Source of the DNA: Octopus sinensis
Taxonomy: Eukaryota
NCBI RefSeq assembly: GCF_006345805.1
Contig: NC_043006.1
Coordinates: forward strand, 3,348,001 to 3,412,000
DNA: 64,000 bases
Direction of reading: 5' to 3'
Shown piece by piece: positions 39,069 to 52,164 of the stretch. How positions within the stretch are numbered: the stretch's first letter is position 1; each line of letters begins with the position of its first letter. A program made the translations under genes and the position numbers. Under the pieces are notes generated by a model. It searched no databases. It was not told where the DNA came from and worked only from the letters and a program-made list of their open reading frames with translations.

Positions 39069-41160
39069 TAAAGCCCTCGTCTTCGCTAGCGATTTCATAG
39101 AAATCAGTACAAATGATAAGGACATAATCTTCCATGCTAGAAAGACCTTACTTTTCAGTGAGAACGCAAAGTGGATCAAAAATAACGATGTGAGCATGGG
39201 GTCATATGATGGAGCAGGAATTTGCGATCTTATTGGATTTTTTCTCCTAGATTCTTTAGGTAAGACATTTCCTGACGTATATTTCGCCATCTACAAAGAT
39301 GATGCCCTCGCTTTAACCGCTAATACAAATGGACCAGCACAGAATCGTTTTAGGAAGGATATTATCCAATTAATGAAATACTTCGGACTTAGTATAACTA
39401 TAGATACTAACCTGACGGTTGTCAATTTCCTAGACGTTTCCTTAGATCTAAATAAGATATTTATAAGCCTTATAGGAAGCCCAATGATAGACTTAGTTAT
39501 ATTAATGTAGGTTCTTGCCATCCCCCTATAGTATTCAAAAATTTAGTTAAAAATATTAGTAAGAGAATTTCTAGCCTCTCCTCCGATAAGGACATTTTTA
39601 ATAGCGTTGCCCCAGTTTATAATAAGGCTTTAAAAGATAGTGGTTTTAGCGAAAAAATAAAATATACACCTGTTACTATCCCAACAGTAAAGAAGAGGAA
39701 AAATAGAAATAGGAAGATCATCTGGTTTACACCCCCTTACTCACCCGAGGTGACCTTCAATATAGGTAAATATTTCTTAACACTGATAGATAGACATTTC
39801 CCAGTTAACCATACTTATTGGAAACTCTTCAATAAACACAATTTAAAATTAGTTTTAGTTCTACTAGTAATTTTAAAAAATATAATCACACATAACACAC
39901 AAAAACCACAACAAGAAAACAGCTGTTCATGCAGGAATAAAAAAATTGTGCCCGCTAAATAGAGCTTGCATGTCCGGGACCATCATCTATGAAGCTACCG
40001 TGGACTCTATAACCACTAAAGACACCGTTTCGACGAAGAAATACGTCGGCCTTACAGAGGGTAATTTCAAGGCCAGGTTCAATAACCACACCTTGAGTTT
40101 TAGGCACTGGAACAAAAGAAAAGTGACAAAATTATCTAATCATATTTGGTCTTTAAAAGATAAAGGTGTCGATTATAACATCCATTGGAAGATTTTGGCC
40201 AAATGTAAGCCCTACACCAACGGCAGCGGAAGGTGCGGTCTATGCAACATGGAGAGATGGCTTATCTGGAAAAGCAGCTTAGACCCTACTACATGTCTAA
40301 ACTCAAGGACAGAACTTTTCGGATCATACCCACATGTGACTAAATTTTTGCTACGTTTTTGGTTCCCTAAAGAAAACAGATAGAACTTGCTTTCTATATT
40401 ATGTCCCAAAAAGTTCTTTATCTCATTATACCTTTTATTATTTCATATATTTTTATATTTTCACACATAATAATTTTTTCTGTACTTTTCTATCCTGCAT
40501 TTTTTCCTGTGCCTATATAGACGTGTATATAGATTCGTTTGTACACGTGTGTGAATATGTATGAGTGGGCAGTTTTAGATGTGTGCGTGTGTGCGGGCAT
40601 AAGAATGCACATATATATATAGACGTTTTTACTTAGTATTTTTTTTTGGGGGGGGGGGATATGTATATTCATTTTTTGTATATGCCTGTGTATGTATGCG
40701 TATATAAATATGTGCGGGTATGTACATATATGGACGTGTGTGTATGAGTGCATAGGGGCATGTTCGTATATGAACGTGGTTTTTATGCTTTGTATACTTC
40801 CTTATGTTTTTTTTCTGTTACCTTTAACCATGGTTTTTCTTGTGCTTGTGCGTATATAGACGTATGTATGAACTTTTACGGTACGCATGTGTGTGTGTAT
40901 GAGTTTGTATATATATGCGTATATATTTGGCGAAAAATGCGAGTGAAGATGTGTACGTTTTCATAGTGACGTATAAGTACGCACGTGGGTTCGTGAGCAG
41001 AATTATAATACAGTAATTTCCCTTTGTATAACGGTATTATTTCATAGCGTTTTTCAGATGGCCAGATAACCGAAGAGATGGTGTTGTGGATTTCCACTTA
41101 GGCATCTGAAACTCAGAGTTTTATCTTGACTATTGAGTAATTGTAACATTATTTTACAGA
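39069..41160 (+). mobile_element. 5'-truncated Penelope-like element: RT (MGSYDGA, YKDD), thumb, Cys-rich linker and C-terminal GIY-YIG endonuclease; frameshifted
   Basis: RT DVSMGSYDGAGICDLIG..IYKDD; RNRKIIWFTPPYS; CSCRNK..CPLNRAC; IIYEAT..YVGLTEGNFKARFNNH..LSNHIW..CGLC..LNSRTEL (39946-40383); 3' non-coding part ends in a hammerhead-like motif and (TA)n. Confidence 0.9.
41065..41125 (+). ncRNA. Degenerate type-I hammerhead motif, probable 3' pseudo-LTR of the upstream PLE
   Basis: GATAA-CCGAAGA-GATG...CATC-t-GAAA-CTCAGAG-T-T-TTATC; stem I GATAA/TTATC. Confidence 0.55.
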
Positions 41161-41164
41161 TATA

Positions 41165-41227
<63 letters not shown>

Positions 41228-41871
41228 CACTACACTCTTGTATAGCCCTGTATTTCTCTGTTCATCCAAACAATCAACCATTGCATACATTAACATAGCG
41301 TAATAGTTGGAGATATGTTCTTAGAAACCAGTCACGGTTTTGAATTTTGAATTCGCCATTCATCAATTTCAATGGTGATATTGTGTGTGTGCGTGTGTGT
41401 GTACATAGGTGTCAGACACCTTCATCAAGCTATGTCAACTATGCTGACGACAGTCTTTCAGGTTGCAGGGACACGGTTTTACTTACCCATGCTTCATCGT
41501 GCAACGGACACACCCATTAACCCGGCCACATGGAATTCACAGAAGACAAATTGATTATAGAATATCAAATATTTCATTATCTTTCCTTCGGGCTACGAAC
41601 TGCTACAAACGCTAAGGTGCTTCAGTAAATGTCAGGTAGAAAAGAGTTTTCGAGTCCTAGGATTTCAAATTTCATTTTCTTCCATGCAAATAAGCAGAAT
41701 TGTAAAGTTGAGTAGCAAACAGATAGGAGGTAGCAAGTAGAGTAAAGTTAAGTAGCTTGTAGATAAGAGGTAGATTTAATCGACGGCATATCTCATGGAG
41801 AAGTTTTAAATAAGTTCTTGAAGCAAAGTAAGCCGAAGGAGAGCAGTTATCATCTGGAATATATAACACAT

Positions 41872-42017
41872 GGGTGCGGGCGTGGTTGTGCGGTAAGAAG
41901 CCTGCTTCCCAACCACATGGTTCCAGGTTCAGTCACACCGCGTGTCACCTTAGGCAAGTGTCTTCTATTATAGCCTCGTGAGCGGATTTGGTAGGGGAAA
42001 ACTGAAAGAAGCTCGTC

Positions 42018-42018
<1 letters not shown>
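41872..42018 (+). mobile_element. SINE family B, 5' half
   Basis: gcgtggttgtgcggtaagaagcctgcttcccaaccacatggttccaggttcagtc...aactgaaagaagctcgtcg. Confidence 0.8.
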
Positions 42019-42073
<55 letters not shown>

Positions 42074-42599
42074 TTGCGTCAGAAATTAATTAGCACTTCT
42101 CAAATTTCTACATTAAATAGGTTAAATCAATTAACCTATGAGCTGTTCAAAACGTCTTACGCGATGAGAAAACTTAGTATGGTGTGATTTCGGTCCTTGC
42201 GAGGCGCTACCTATATCTATTAAACAAAGGAAGTTTGTCTGCATCCGCACTCCAAGTTGTTGTTGCACTGCTATGTCAACATCATAAGGCTGTAGACTCT
42301 CAAACTGCTCTGCAAACAAAGTTACGTCATCATTCTGTGCAACAGTGAACTCGCAACAAAGCAATAGTTCGAGATATGGCCACTAGGTGACAGCACATAC
42401 CTTGAGTGAAGAGCAAATGAAGGGTGCTAATTAATTTCTGACGGTAGTGTATATATATATATATAAGTTCGGCAACAATTTAGATTCAAATGAATATGGT
42501 ACTTAATTTAGATGCATCAGAATTTTGTATGGTGTTACCCATAAAAATATGCGGGGTGATTATAATAAAAAAATAAGCAACAAGAATGAATCCGGTAAT

Positions 42600-42685
42600 T
42601 TAGTACAATTGTTTCATACTACAATATTTCATTAAAAGTTGTAAATATTACAGCAGATTTAAGATGCTGAGTAATCTTCAGCTAA
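42600..42685 (-). ncRNA. Type-I hammerhead ribozyme with extended stem II
   Basis: Near reverse complement of 43142-43227, with core, stem I and stem III intact. Confidence 0.75.
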
Positions 42686-43141
42686 TTTTATATAGGTTTT
42701 CCAATAATATAAGTTTTCAAATCAATTAACATCTTAGGGAAGGTAAATATACAAATAAAGATGTAGATATGAATCTTAGGAACATGATGTCGTGTGGTTC
42801 AGATGTTAACTGACCAAAACTTTATTTATAACTGACTGCTATAAGAAAATTTCTTTAGTTATAAGGATTAGGGTAAGGGTAGATAAAGAATTCAAAGTTA
42901 GTTGTAGAAAAGAGGAGGAAATTCAGGATATGTAAAAGAATTTCAGGTTGTCACTAGAACAAAAGGTCAATTTCTCTATGTGGTGACAAGAAAATTAGGT
43001 CAGTGTAGAAAGATCATTAAATTCTTAGGAACATATGAGGTTGTAGGTTGTATATTTACCTTCCCTAAGATGTTAGTAATTGATTTATATTATATATTAT
43101 TGATTTATATTATATTATATTATTGGAAAACCTATATAAAA

Positions 43142-43227
43142 TTAGCTGAAGATTACTCAGCATCTTAAATCTGCTGTAATATTTACAGCTTTTAATAAAA
43201 TGTTGTAGTATGAAACAATTGTACTAA
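43142..43227 (+). ncRNA. Type-I hammerhead ribozyme with extended stem II
   Basis: TTAG-CTGAAGA-[59-nt stem II region with inner hairpin GCTGTAA/TTACAGC]-GAAA-CAATTG-T-A-CTAA. Confidence 0.75.
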
Positions 43228-43297
43228 ATTACCGGATTCATTCTTGTTGCTTATTTTTTTATTATATATATATATATAATATATATATATATATAAG

Positions 43298-43339
<42 letters not shown>

Positions 43340-43341
<2 letters not shown>

Positions 43342-43570
43342 TGTGTGTGTGTGCATGTGTCTTTATGTCAGTACTTTCCTCGCACCCAAAACGTTTGGCT
43401 ACCGATAGTGGTGTATTTATATCCCCGTAACTTAGCGGTTCGGCAAAAGTGACCGAGAGAATAGGTGCTACACTTACAAAGAATAAGTTCTGAGGTTGAT
43501 TTCTTCCACAGAAACCCCTCACAGCGGTGATCCAGCATGGCCGCAATCAAACGCCTGAAATGTCTAAAAG
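43340..43570 (+). mobile_element. SINE family B, 3' half
   Basis: ccccgtaacttagcggttcggcaaaag...ccagcatggccgcaatcaaacgcctgaaa. Confidence 0.75.
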
Positions 43571-43597
43571 AATATATATATATATTAATGATATATA

Positions 43598-43686
<89 letters not shown>

Positions 43687-43691
<5 letters not shown>

Positions 43692-44919
43692 GGTGCATGA
43701 GGAATTTGAGGACATACTTTTGGGGTCATTGCTGTATATTTTGCTAACTCTATATAATCTTTGTTTCAGAAAATAATAATACCACATCCTCATCTTACTC
43801 AAGAAATTAAGCGACATGCTGTTTTTGTGGTTATACAGGCTGAGCATAGCGATTTAGAAATATCTCGATTTTAAAAAGTTGCCAGATCTTTCGTCTACAA
43901 AGTTTGTAAGAAGCTAGAGACTGAAGATGGAAACTTTTCAAAGCATAAAAAGCATTCTAAATGCACTGAAGTCATCAGAACACCTGAATTTATCCAGCAA
44001 GTTCGTCAGACCATTGATTACAATCCCAGAAAGTCCATTAAGTCAGTTGCAAAAGATCTCCATGTGTCTGAAGGAACAGTCAGAAATGTGGTCCACGAAA
44101 CCATCAGATACAAGTCTTATATGATGAGGAAAGGTCAATTTGTCAGAAAAAGCAAAAGAAAATTACTACATCAGATCTAAAAGGCTCTAAAATAAACTGA
44201 AAAATCCAGCAGGAGATTTGATTTGATTTTTCTCAAACGAGAAAAACTTCGACCAAGATCAAAAAGTTAACATAAGAAATGACAGATGGTTATGTGCAGA
44301 CCCTTCTGAAGTTCCAAGTGTTATGCATACAAAATTTCGTGTAACTGTCATGGTTTTAGGAGTTGTCGGCAATGAATGACATGTAAGAGTTAGCTTAGAG
44401 TTAACTCTGCCGCCTCGTTGAGGTTCTGGAAATAATTGTTAAGCCCTCGATAGACAGTGTATGCAATGGAAGGCCATATGTGTTTCAGTAAGACTTTGCG
44501 CTATCACACATGGCTCTAGTAACACAAGAAAGAATGGCTGAAAATGTTCATGATCACATAACATTTAACATTTGGCCTCCCAATTCTCCAGATCTCAATC
44601 CATTGGACTATTACATGTGGAGCGTTGTTCAGAGAGAGGTCAATGAACATGCCCATAACACCAAAGACACTTTGAAAGCTGCCATAGTAAGAGTAATGTC
44701 CAAAATGAAGCAGGACCACTTGATTCGAGCATGAAGATGATTCAGATCTCATATAGAAGCAGTCGTTGAAGCTGAAGGTGGTTTTATTGAACAACATTGT
44801 AGAACATGTTTACTTTTATCCTCACAGCATTTTGTGATAAATAAAGTTGTTATCTGTTATTATATATCAAGTTTTTTTATAAACATAAATCTGTCCTCAA
44901 ATATCTTACGCACTCTGTG
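43687..44919 (+). mobile_element. Full-length decayed Tc1/mariner, DD37D (maT) family
   Basis: 28-bp TIRs (23/28 match) at 43687-43714 and 44892-44919, TA TSDs; transposase remnants WPPNSPDLNPLDY with 37 residues between the 2nd and 3rd Asp; several stops and frameshifts. Confidence 0.92.
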
Positions 44920-45129
44920 TACATACATTAATAGATATATTCTTATGTCAGTAGTTACAATCAGCTTGTGTGATGTTTCGCCTGGAGTGACTCCGGGAGA
45001 CGTCTGAAGTAAAATTACAATTATTATATTCTGCCGCCAAATGAATGAGTTCTATATTTATGATTTACATACATTCTTAACCGTATTAAGAAAACCTTTG
45101 TGATACCCCAAAAGCAGTTCTGTTTAGAT

Positions 45130-45343
45130 CACTGGTTCTCAACCGGCTTTCATATGACCCTTGAGGGCAATAATCTGGGTACACTTCTACCATACACAAG
45201 ATATTTTAACATTTTTTTTTATACAATAATATTTAATTCGTAAAACATTATCGGATTTTTTAAACATTGAATGGCTATGAAGGACCGACCGAGTAAAATA
45301 AGACTCAAAGGGGCCCATAAGTAAAAGCAGTTCCAAAATAGTG
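45130..45343. mobile_element. Possible hAT-type MITE remnant
   Basis: Left end CACTGGTTCTCAACC resembles hAT-Charlie TIRs; the right end is very degenerate. Confidence 0.35.
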
Positions 45344-45884
45344 GTTTAGATATATGGTTTATATGTGATATATTGTGCAAAATGACACCTTGTCAGAAAA
45401 CCCTTACTTGTCACTCTTCTAATTACTGGTGAACTTCAATAAACTTTGATATAAATAGTTATGATGATGAACCTCTGCTAATATATGGATCAACGAGGAA
45501 GAATTTCAACCACGAGCAATACATATCTCTCCCGATTCTTAGTAGACGCTTTAAAAGCAAGGATACAGGTAAGTACGGATAAAATCTAGCAGTGACTCTA
45601 GAAAGCAGCGTATTCAGCGAATACTTCCTCATATAGTTTAAATAGTTTAAATGGTACTAAAGTTACAAGTTTCTAAGTTTGCTAATGAGAGCTGCATTTC
45701 TTTGTTAACCACGAAATTTCAGTCGAATATCCACCAGAACCGTACTAAGAGTTTTACGTTAACTAATAAGAGAAATTTCTGCAAACATCCGTGAATATGA
45801 AATAAGTAATAATTTGGTCTTCCGTGAAAATATCTTCCTCCGAGATAATTCTTTTTGGTGCTGGTGTTCAATTATTTCTTTCAT

Positions 45885-46300
45885 TTCCTTTACTTCCTTC
45901 AGTCATTAGACTGTGGCCATGCTGGAGCACTGTCTTCAAGAATTTTTAGTCGAAAGAATCGACCCCAGTACTTATCTCTTTTTAATGCCTGTAACTTATT
46001 CTATTGGTCTCTTTTGCCGAAACGCTAAGTTACGGGGACGTAAACACACCAGCATCGGTTGTCAAGAGATGTTGGGGGGGGGGGACAAACACAGACACAA
46101 AAATATATACGCACACACACACACACACACATATATATAAATATATACATATATACGACAGGCTTCTTTCAGTTTCCGTCTACCAAATCTACTTACAAGG
46201 CTTTGGTCGGCCCGAGGCTACAGTAGAAGACACTTGCCCAAGGTGCCACGCAATGGGACTGAACCCGAAACCATGTGGTTGGCTACTATACAGCCACTCC
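45885..46300 (-). mobile_element. SINE family B, near full length
   Basis: Reverse complement of the family body and tail. Confidence 0.8.
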
Positions 46301-46329
46301 TATGCCTATGTGCCTTTTTGCGTAGTGAG

Positions 46330-46660
46330 ACTGAAGGAAACGGTAGTTTCCAGGACCTTCGCAGGTCCTTCTGCGTTGGTGTGACATTGATACCAACTCC
46401 CGCTGGAAAGAAACTAGCAGAGAGAGAATTCCAGGCGATTATCAATCATGGAAGGAAAGACGGACTAAGTGTGGTTATTAGTTTGGGATCTGGAAATATT
46501 AGACAGAGCCAGGGTGGTTGGAAGAGAGGGCGAAATAGGACTAGAATATATGAGTGTAGTTAGCATAATCCCAAACCAGATCTAAGGAGCAGAGGCCATT
46601 AAAGCAGCAGTAGAAAACGCAGAACTGCTAACTTCAAATAAAGATCAAGTGTAAGCAACT
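46330..46660 (-). pseudogene. Decayed CR1/L2-group LINE C-terminal fragment
   Basis: Minus frame ...SQTNNH..SVFP..AWNSLSASFFPA resembles the RT..Y..SFFPRT..LWNSLP..FP tail. Confidence 0.5.
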
Positions 46661-47413
46661 GTTAGGTGGGTGGGAACACATATTATGTATGAAGCGCTCA
46701 ATAAATAGGATCAATATTTGATGAGAGAAAAATATTAACTAACGACTTATACCATAATTTAAAATCTATATATGCATCTTCGTTATATTATGTTAGTTTT
46801 ACATCTCAACTTGTCTGGAAGATTGTATTGATTTTTATTCGCTAGCTCATTGATGTATATACATAAAGAATGCTAGTTCAAATTTAATCTTGTTCTACGT
46901 TCGTATTTAGTAATGACACTTGAAATCGATCAAAGATAAAACCGATCGGTGTATAGTATTGAGGTGTTAAATATACACTCTGGAAAAGAGATTGTCTAGA
47001 ACAACAAAGATATCCATAGCAACCAGGGCATCACCATGTGGTTAAGGAATGATAATATTCTCTGGGGTCAATTCCCGGCGCGGAATCTGGGGCAATTGTC
47101 ACTCGGTAACCAGTTTGACCAATGTATTATGGGTGTAATATGGAAGAAGAAACTGTGAAGAAGCCTTTCATATACATGTGCGTGTATGTGCGTATGTATA
47201 TGTATATATGCATATATATATACATGCACGTATATATTTATATGTGTGTGTGTGTGTGCGTGTTTGTGTATGTATGTACGTATATATATATATATATATA
47301 AACATGTGTGTGTATAAAGTTTAATACCAATGCACTAAACATTAGCATGACAACACAAGAACAAAGTTTTACAAATAAGGTACTAGTGTAACGCTTTAGT
47401 TAAGAGAGAAAGT

Positions 47414-47450
47414 TTCTTAACGTTTCGGGCGTATGACCTTCATCAGAGAA
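47414..47450 (-). ncRNA. Minimal type-I hammerhead motif in a PLE pseudo-LTR remnant
   Basis: TTCT-CTGATGA-a-GGTC(atac)GCCC-GAAA-CGTT-A-AGAA; one stem II mismatch. Confidence 0.65.
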
Positions 47451-47775
47451 AAGACTAAGAGCGGGAAACATAGAGTAAGTGATAAAAATATATAATTAGT
47501 GGAAAATAGGTGAATGATCAAAAACTCTGTGGAAATGCTGTTCTATGAAGGAATTCCATTCAGAATGGACTAAACAAAACTAGAGGAAACACGTGGATGA
47601 AGAGGTCACCGGATGTGTGACGAGAGATTTCAGACAAAGGACACAAAAATAAGAAAAATAATAAAGCTGAAGAGAAGAAAGAATATATAGTGCGTGTTTA
47701 TTTGTAAAAAAAGAAAAGACCATCCCAGTGCATGGCCACAGCCTAGGGCTGAAACATGTAAAAGTGTAAAAGAGA

Positions 47776-47811
<36 letters not shown>

Positions 47812-49197
47812 CTGACCGTAATCTGTTTTATGCTTACCAGTTTAAAGTTGTTTGTCAATTTGTGTCCCTATATTTCACATTTTCAAAACATCATCTGAGC
47901 TCTTCGGTAGAATCGATATTGATCAAATAGAAATTGGGCTGAAATCAATTCTTGGTCCGAAACAATCGATTAAAAAAACCTTGAAGATGGCCATCCAACT
48001 TAACCGCAGCCACGACGTAAAGAAGTAACTAATTTCATGTATTTACAGTTCTTTTGCTTTTCATTTTTGCTTTCAAATAAACGACATAATACCACATAAG
48101 TTTTCCCTTGTTGTGCCTCTTTATCAGAACATTGCTTAGACTGTAATGTTAAATGTTCTGATGTGGCAGGAAAGAAATGGTTACATACAGATATGTATAT
48201 ATATATATATTATATATATATATATATATAATATATATATATATATATAATATATATATATATATATACAGAGATAGAGATAGAGAGAGAGATAAATATA
48301 TAGTTAGAAAGATAGTTAGATAGATAGATAGATATAAATACATATATACATATACATACAAACACACAGCTACATATATACATACACACACATGTATATA
48401 CATATATATGCGTGTGTATGTGTGTGTCTGTGTGTGTGTGTGTGTTGGTATAGAAATCGATAAATGATTAAAACGGAAAAGTTATTAACCGTAGCTGGAG
48501 GTGACTTGAAATAGGAAGTCCTACAGCCAGCTAAATCAGGGATATTTTAACCTTCTTTTGGAGGGGAGGGGGTTGAAGCTCTTTTATTCCTTTATTTATT
48601 TATTTTTGAGACGAAATTTGTGTTCGTTCGTAAAAGGCACCAACACTGGCACCTAAAAGAATCTGCCGAAATTGCTAGTTGTTACCAAGACATATTAACT
48701 CGCAAATAGCAGCTGTGTGTATCGTAATTTTATTCCACACATTTCCCTCTGTATTTATAAAGAAGACTAGGTTCGATTCATTTAACTAAAATTCTTCAAA
48801 TCTGTTCCTCATCAAGGCCGCAGTCTTTGACTGAAACAAGTAAAAGGTCAAAAATAAACGATATAATAAAAAGAGAACAATGGACGACGGAAACTGATAA
48901 ATTAGAAGCTAAATGCTTTGCTTTCATTCCTCTATGTTTGTATTCCAATACAAACCGGAATCGACTTTAGTTTTCGTCACTTCGAGGCAATAAAAAGAGA
49001 CTCTAGTCGTAGAGTGACCTGAGTTCAGTCTATTAAAGTCCTTCTTAAACGTGGGTTTCTGAACATGAGACCCTGTATATGGTCATTCAATATCCTTAAA
49101 TGTCGAAAAACAAAAACAAAAACATTTTAGTGTGGCTCTCTTTCGTGGTGCCTGATATAGTTTTGCCTGTTTCTGCTTTTAACTTACTTTCACATAG

Positions 49198-49294
49198 TCG
49201 AATAGATTATTATGTTGTAACAAAGAAGAGAGACCCAACGTTTTGTGCAGGGAACCTTCATCATCCCGCTTGTCTTTCTCCGAATAATTTGTGA
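49198..49294 (+). other. Candidate terminal coding exon (weak)
   Basis: Strong acceptor ctgcttttaacttactttcacatag|; phase-2 frame RIDYYVVTKKRDPTFCAGNLHHPACLSPNNL*, phase-0 frame SNRLLCCNKEERPNVLCREPSSSRLSFSE*. Confidence 0.2.
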
Positions 49295-49575
49295 TTTCAG
49301 TATGAAATTTTTGTCCGAATACAGGAAGAACGAATATAGCTAGTTTTCTCAGTTCTAAATGCTGCAATGTATAGCTTGATCAGGTTTTTGTGACATTCAC
49401 GAACTTTGTATTAATACTGTACTGTATCCTCTCTCTCTCTCTCTCTCTCTCTCTACCACACACACACACACGCACGCACACACATACATACTCTCTCTCT
49501 CATTCTCTACCATACACACACACACATACACACACTCTCTCTCTTTCTTTCTATTTATCTAGCTCTATCTGTCTA

Positions 49576-49812
49576 CCTATTTCTTTACTACCCACAAGGG
49601 GCTACACACAGAGGGGACAAACAAGGACAGACAGACGGATTAAGTCGATTACATCGACCTCAGTGCGTAACTGGTACTTAATTTATCGACCCCGAAAGGA
49701 TGAACAGCAAAGTCGACGTCGGCGGAATTTGAACTCAGAACGTAACGTCAGACGAAATACGGCTACGCATTTCGCCCGGCGCGCTAACGCTTCTGCCAGC
49801 TCGCCGCCTTTC
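49576..49812 (-). mobile_element. Full-length monomeric SINE family A
   Basis: Minus head aaggcggcgagctggcagaagcgttagcgcgccgggcgaaatg, B box GAGTTCAAATTCC, tail cccttgtgggtagtaaagaaatag. Confidence 0.9.
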
Positions 49813-50832
49813 TATATGTCTACCTATCTTTGTTACACAGTCATCCTCTTCTCTCAACTTGTCACTCTACTTCTCTTCTCTCTTTTTTTTTCTTCTATGT
49901 CACTCAGCATCTTACATATTTTCTCTCCCTATCTTAACTTTCTCCTTCACTCTCTATCCTCTCCTATTCTTCCCCTCTCTCCCTAACTCGCCATCTTCCT
50001 CTCCATTTTTCTTACTCGGTCTTTTATTAATTCTCCTTGCTCTCTCTCTCTCTCACTCCCTTTTCTTATTCGTCCTTTGTTCTTTGTCTTCTGTCTCTTC
50101 TTCTGTCACCTGTCTCTTGTCCTCTCCCCATTCCCGTTATTATGCAACTTACTCATTCTTTCTCATTCTCTATTTCTGTCTATTTCTCTTTACTTCTTTC
50201 CCCCGAAACTCTATCTCTCCTTCTCTCCCACCCTTCCTTTCTGTCTCTCTGTCTCTGTTTCTCTCCCCCCCCTTCTCATTCATTCTCTAAGCAAATTAAA
50301 AACCCAGCAAAAATAATGCGTGTAAATTGTCATCGCTTTACGTAACTTTATACTTAGGGTGCTAAACATAAGAACCGCTTGATCAACCCATTTTCTTCTT
50401 GACAAAGAGGAACAAACACATAATTGCATCACACTGCAGCACGCCAGGCAACATGCATTGCGTGCACTTTGTGCAGTATATTTATATATAAAAATCAAGA
50501 AAACAAGGTTTATAACAAGAAGAAAGGAAAAAAAGCACAACGGCGATGAAATGTTTATTCATGCAAAGTGAAGTAGCAAATTATTAGATTATACTAAAAC
50601 TGTAACAGCCTGTCCAAACATTCCCCTTCCAACTGACCACATCACATTCAGCCAATTGCTTTGAACACATGTATGACTCTGCTGTTACGTTAGGGGAAAA
50701 ACAGTGCGGGGAAGGCGTGACGTCCATAAGGTTTAAGGTATATACTATATAAAGAAGAAATCGATTATTTATTTGTTTAATGGTTTAGTGAGTAGGAAAG
50801 ATCCGTCATCTCTGATCTATGTCCTTCTTTAG

Positions 50833-50929
50833 GATCTGCGGAGCTAGTGGAAGGAAAAAGAAAGTTCTTCTCAGACTGAAGACCTGTGTTGGATGTTTGA
50901 AAGACAGGGGGCTCTGATGAATGTAACTA
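50833..50929 (+). other. Candidate coding exon (weak)
   Basis: Acceptor tccttctttag|; the only frame open across the segment is phase 2: ICGASGRKKKVLLRLKTCVGCLKDRGSDECN*. Confidence 0.25.
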
Positions 50930-52164
50930 AATACCATGTAGGACTGTTTAAACAGGACCTCGCATGTTACAGAAACGCTCCTTTCCAATAAGCTTCTAAA
51001 GAGTTAAATTTCACCAAAATTTGGTCGACCTAACGCAATGGTAGAAGACACTTGCCTGTGGTGAAATCATTGTGGGATCGAACTTGAAATGACATACTTG
51101 CAAACCCATGACAAAATGGCTGAATTATACTGTTCTTAAGTACATTATAATTAACCCCATCACACTGGTTCCGTTTGCCAAATTCACTCACAAAACATTT
51201 ATCGGTTAGGGTCTATAGTGGAAAGCACTTGCACAAGGTACCGCGCAGTGGGAACGAGCCCCAAACCACGTGGTTGGAAAGTGAGCTTCTTATTAACCAC
51301 GCAGACAAGCCTGCACTCATGTATGTATGTATGAATATGTATATATGCGTGTATATATATATATAGGTTGGACACACACACACATATATATATATATACG
51401 ACGGGTGTCTTTAGATTTCCATTAACAAAATCCACTCACAAAGTCGTCCCGAAGCTACAGTAAAAGAAACTTGCCCAAGGTATCACACAGTGGAACTTAA
51501 CCCGGAATCATGTTGTAAACTTCTTACCCCTCAGCTACGTGAGCGTCTGGGAATGTTTTTGTTTAGTTATCATTCTAACTTTCCTTGCTCCATATTATAT
51601 AACATTCTGACCATACTGGTACTCCGACACAGACTCCTCCACATTGCTACCATTTCTCCATAGAATACTAAGTAAATCGTGAAAATATTTATCAAAGAAT
51701 TAAAATTAAATTGCTAAACATAAACCAATACTGAACAAACTTCACATCCTGGTTGTACAACAAATGCCGGACATCCTTGATTTGGTGACAGCCCCTTTTT
51801 TTTATATATTATTTATCTACTTATTTACTTCATGTAGAATCCTGTTCTTAATGGCTGGCAATAACAACCAATAAGAAGAAAGCATTTTGCACAGAATTTC
51901 AATTTCTCTCTTTAAACTGAGTCGATAAATTCAGTTACCTTTTCAAATAGTATTATCTCGTAGAAAGCCTCCGAGGACCTCAGAAATATAAGTTTACCAA
52001 ACGAATTATTAGTCATCCCTAAGAAAGTGCGAAAATAATTCGTATCTACACACGCGCCCACATGCATGCACACACACACACACAAACACACTCACTCATA
52101 AGTGCATTCAGACATAAGTTCGTGTGCTTGTATACGTCTGTGTGTGTGTACATTTGGGTTATAA

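Larger units (their letters stand above)
42561..43266. repeat. Inverted PLE pseudo-LTR pair (42561-42754 vs 43048-43266)
   Basis: Arms are near reverse complements; each contains a complete hammerhead motif. Confidence 0.9.

Noticed and set aside
39069-40383. Naiad-type selenoprotein PLE
   Set aside because: The endonuclease is C-terminal, not N-terminal, and I saw no in-frame TGA at conserved Cys positions.
46234-46563. 109-aa plus-strand ORF as a host exon
   Set aside because: Starts inside a SINE, and the minus strand reads as a LINE C-terminal remnant.
50280-50540. Cys-rich membrane-like ORF (CCLACCSVMQLCVC) on the minus strand
   Set aside because: The hydrophobic part derives from a T-rich tract and there is no convincing splice-site pair.
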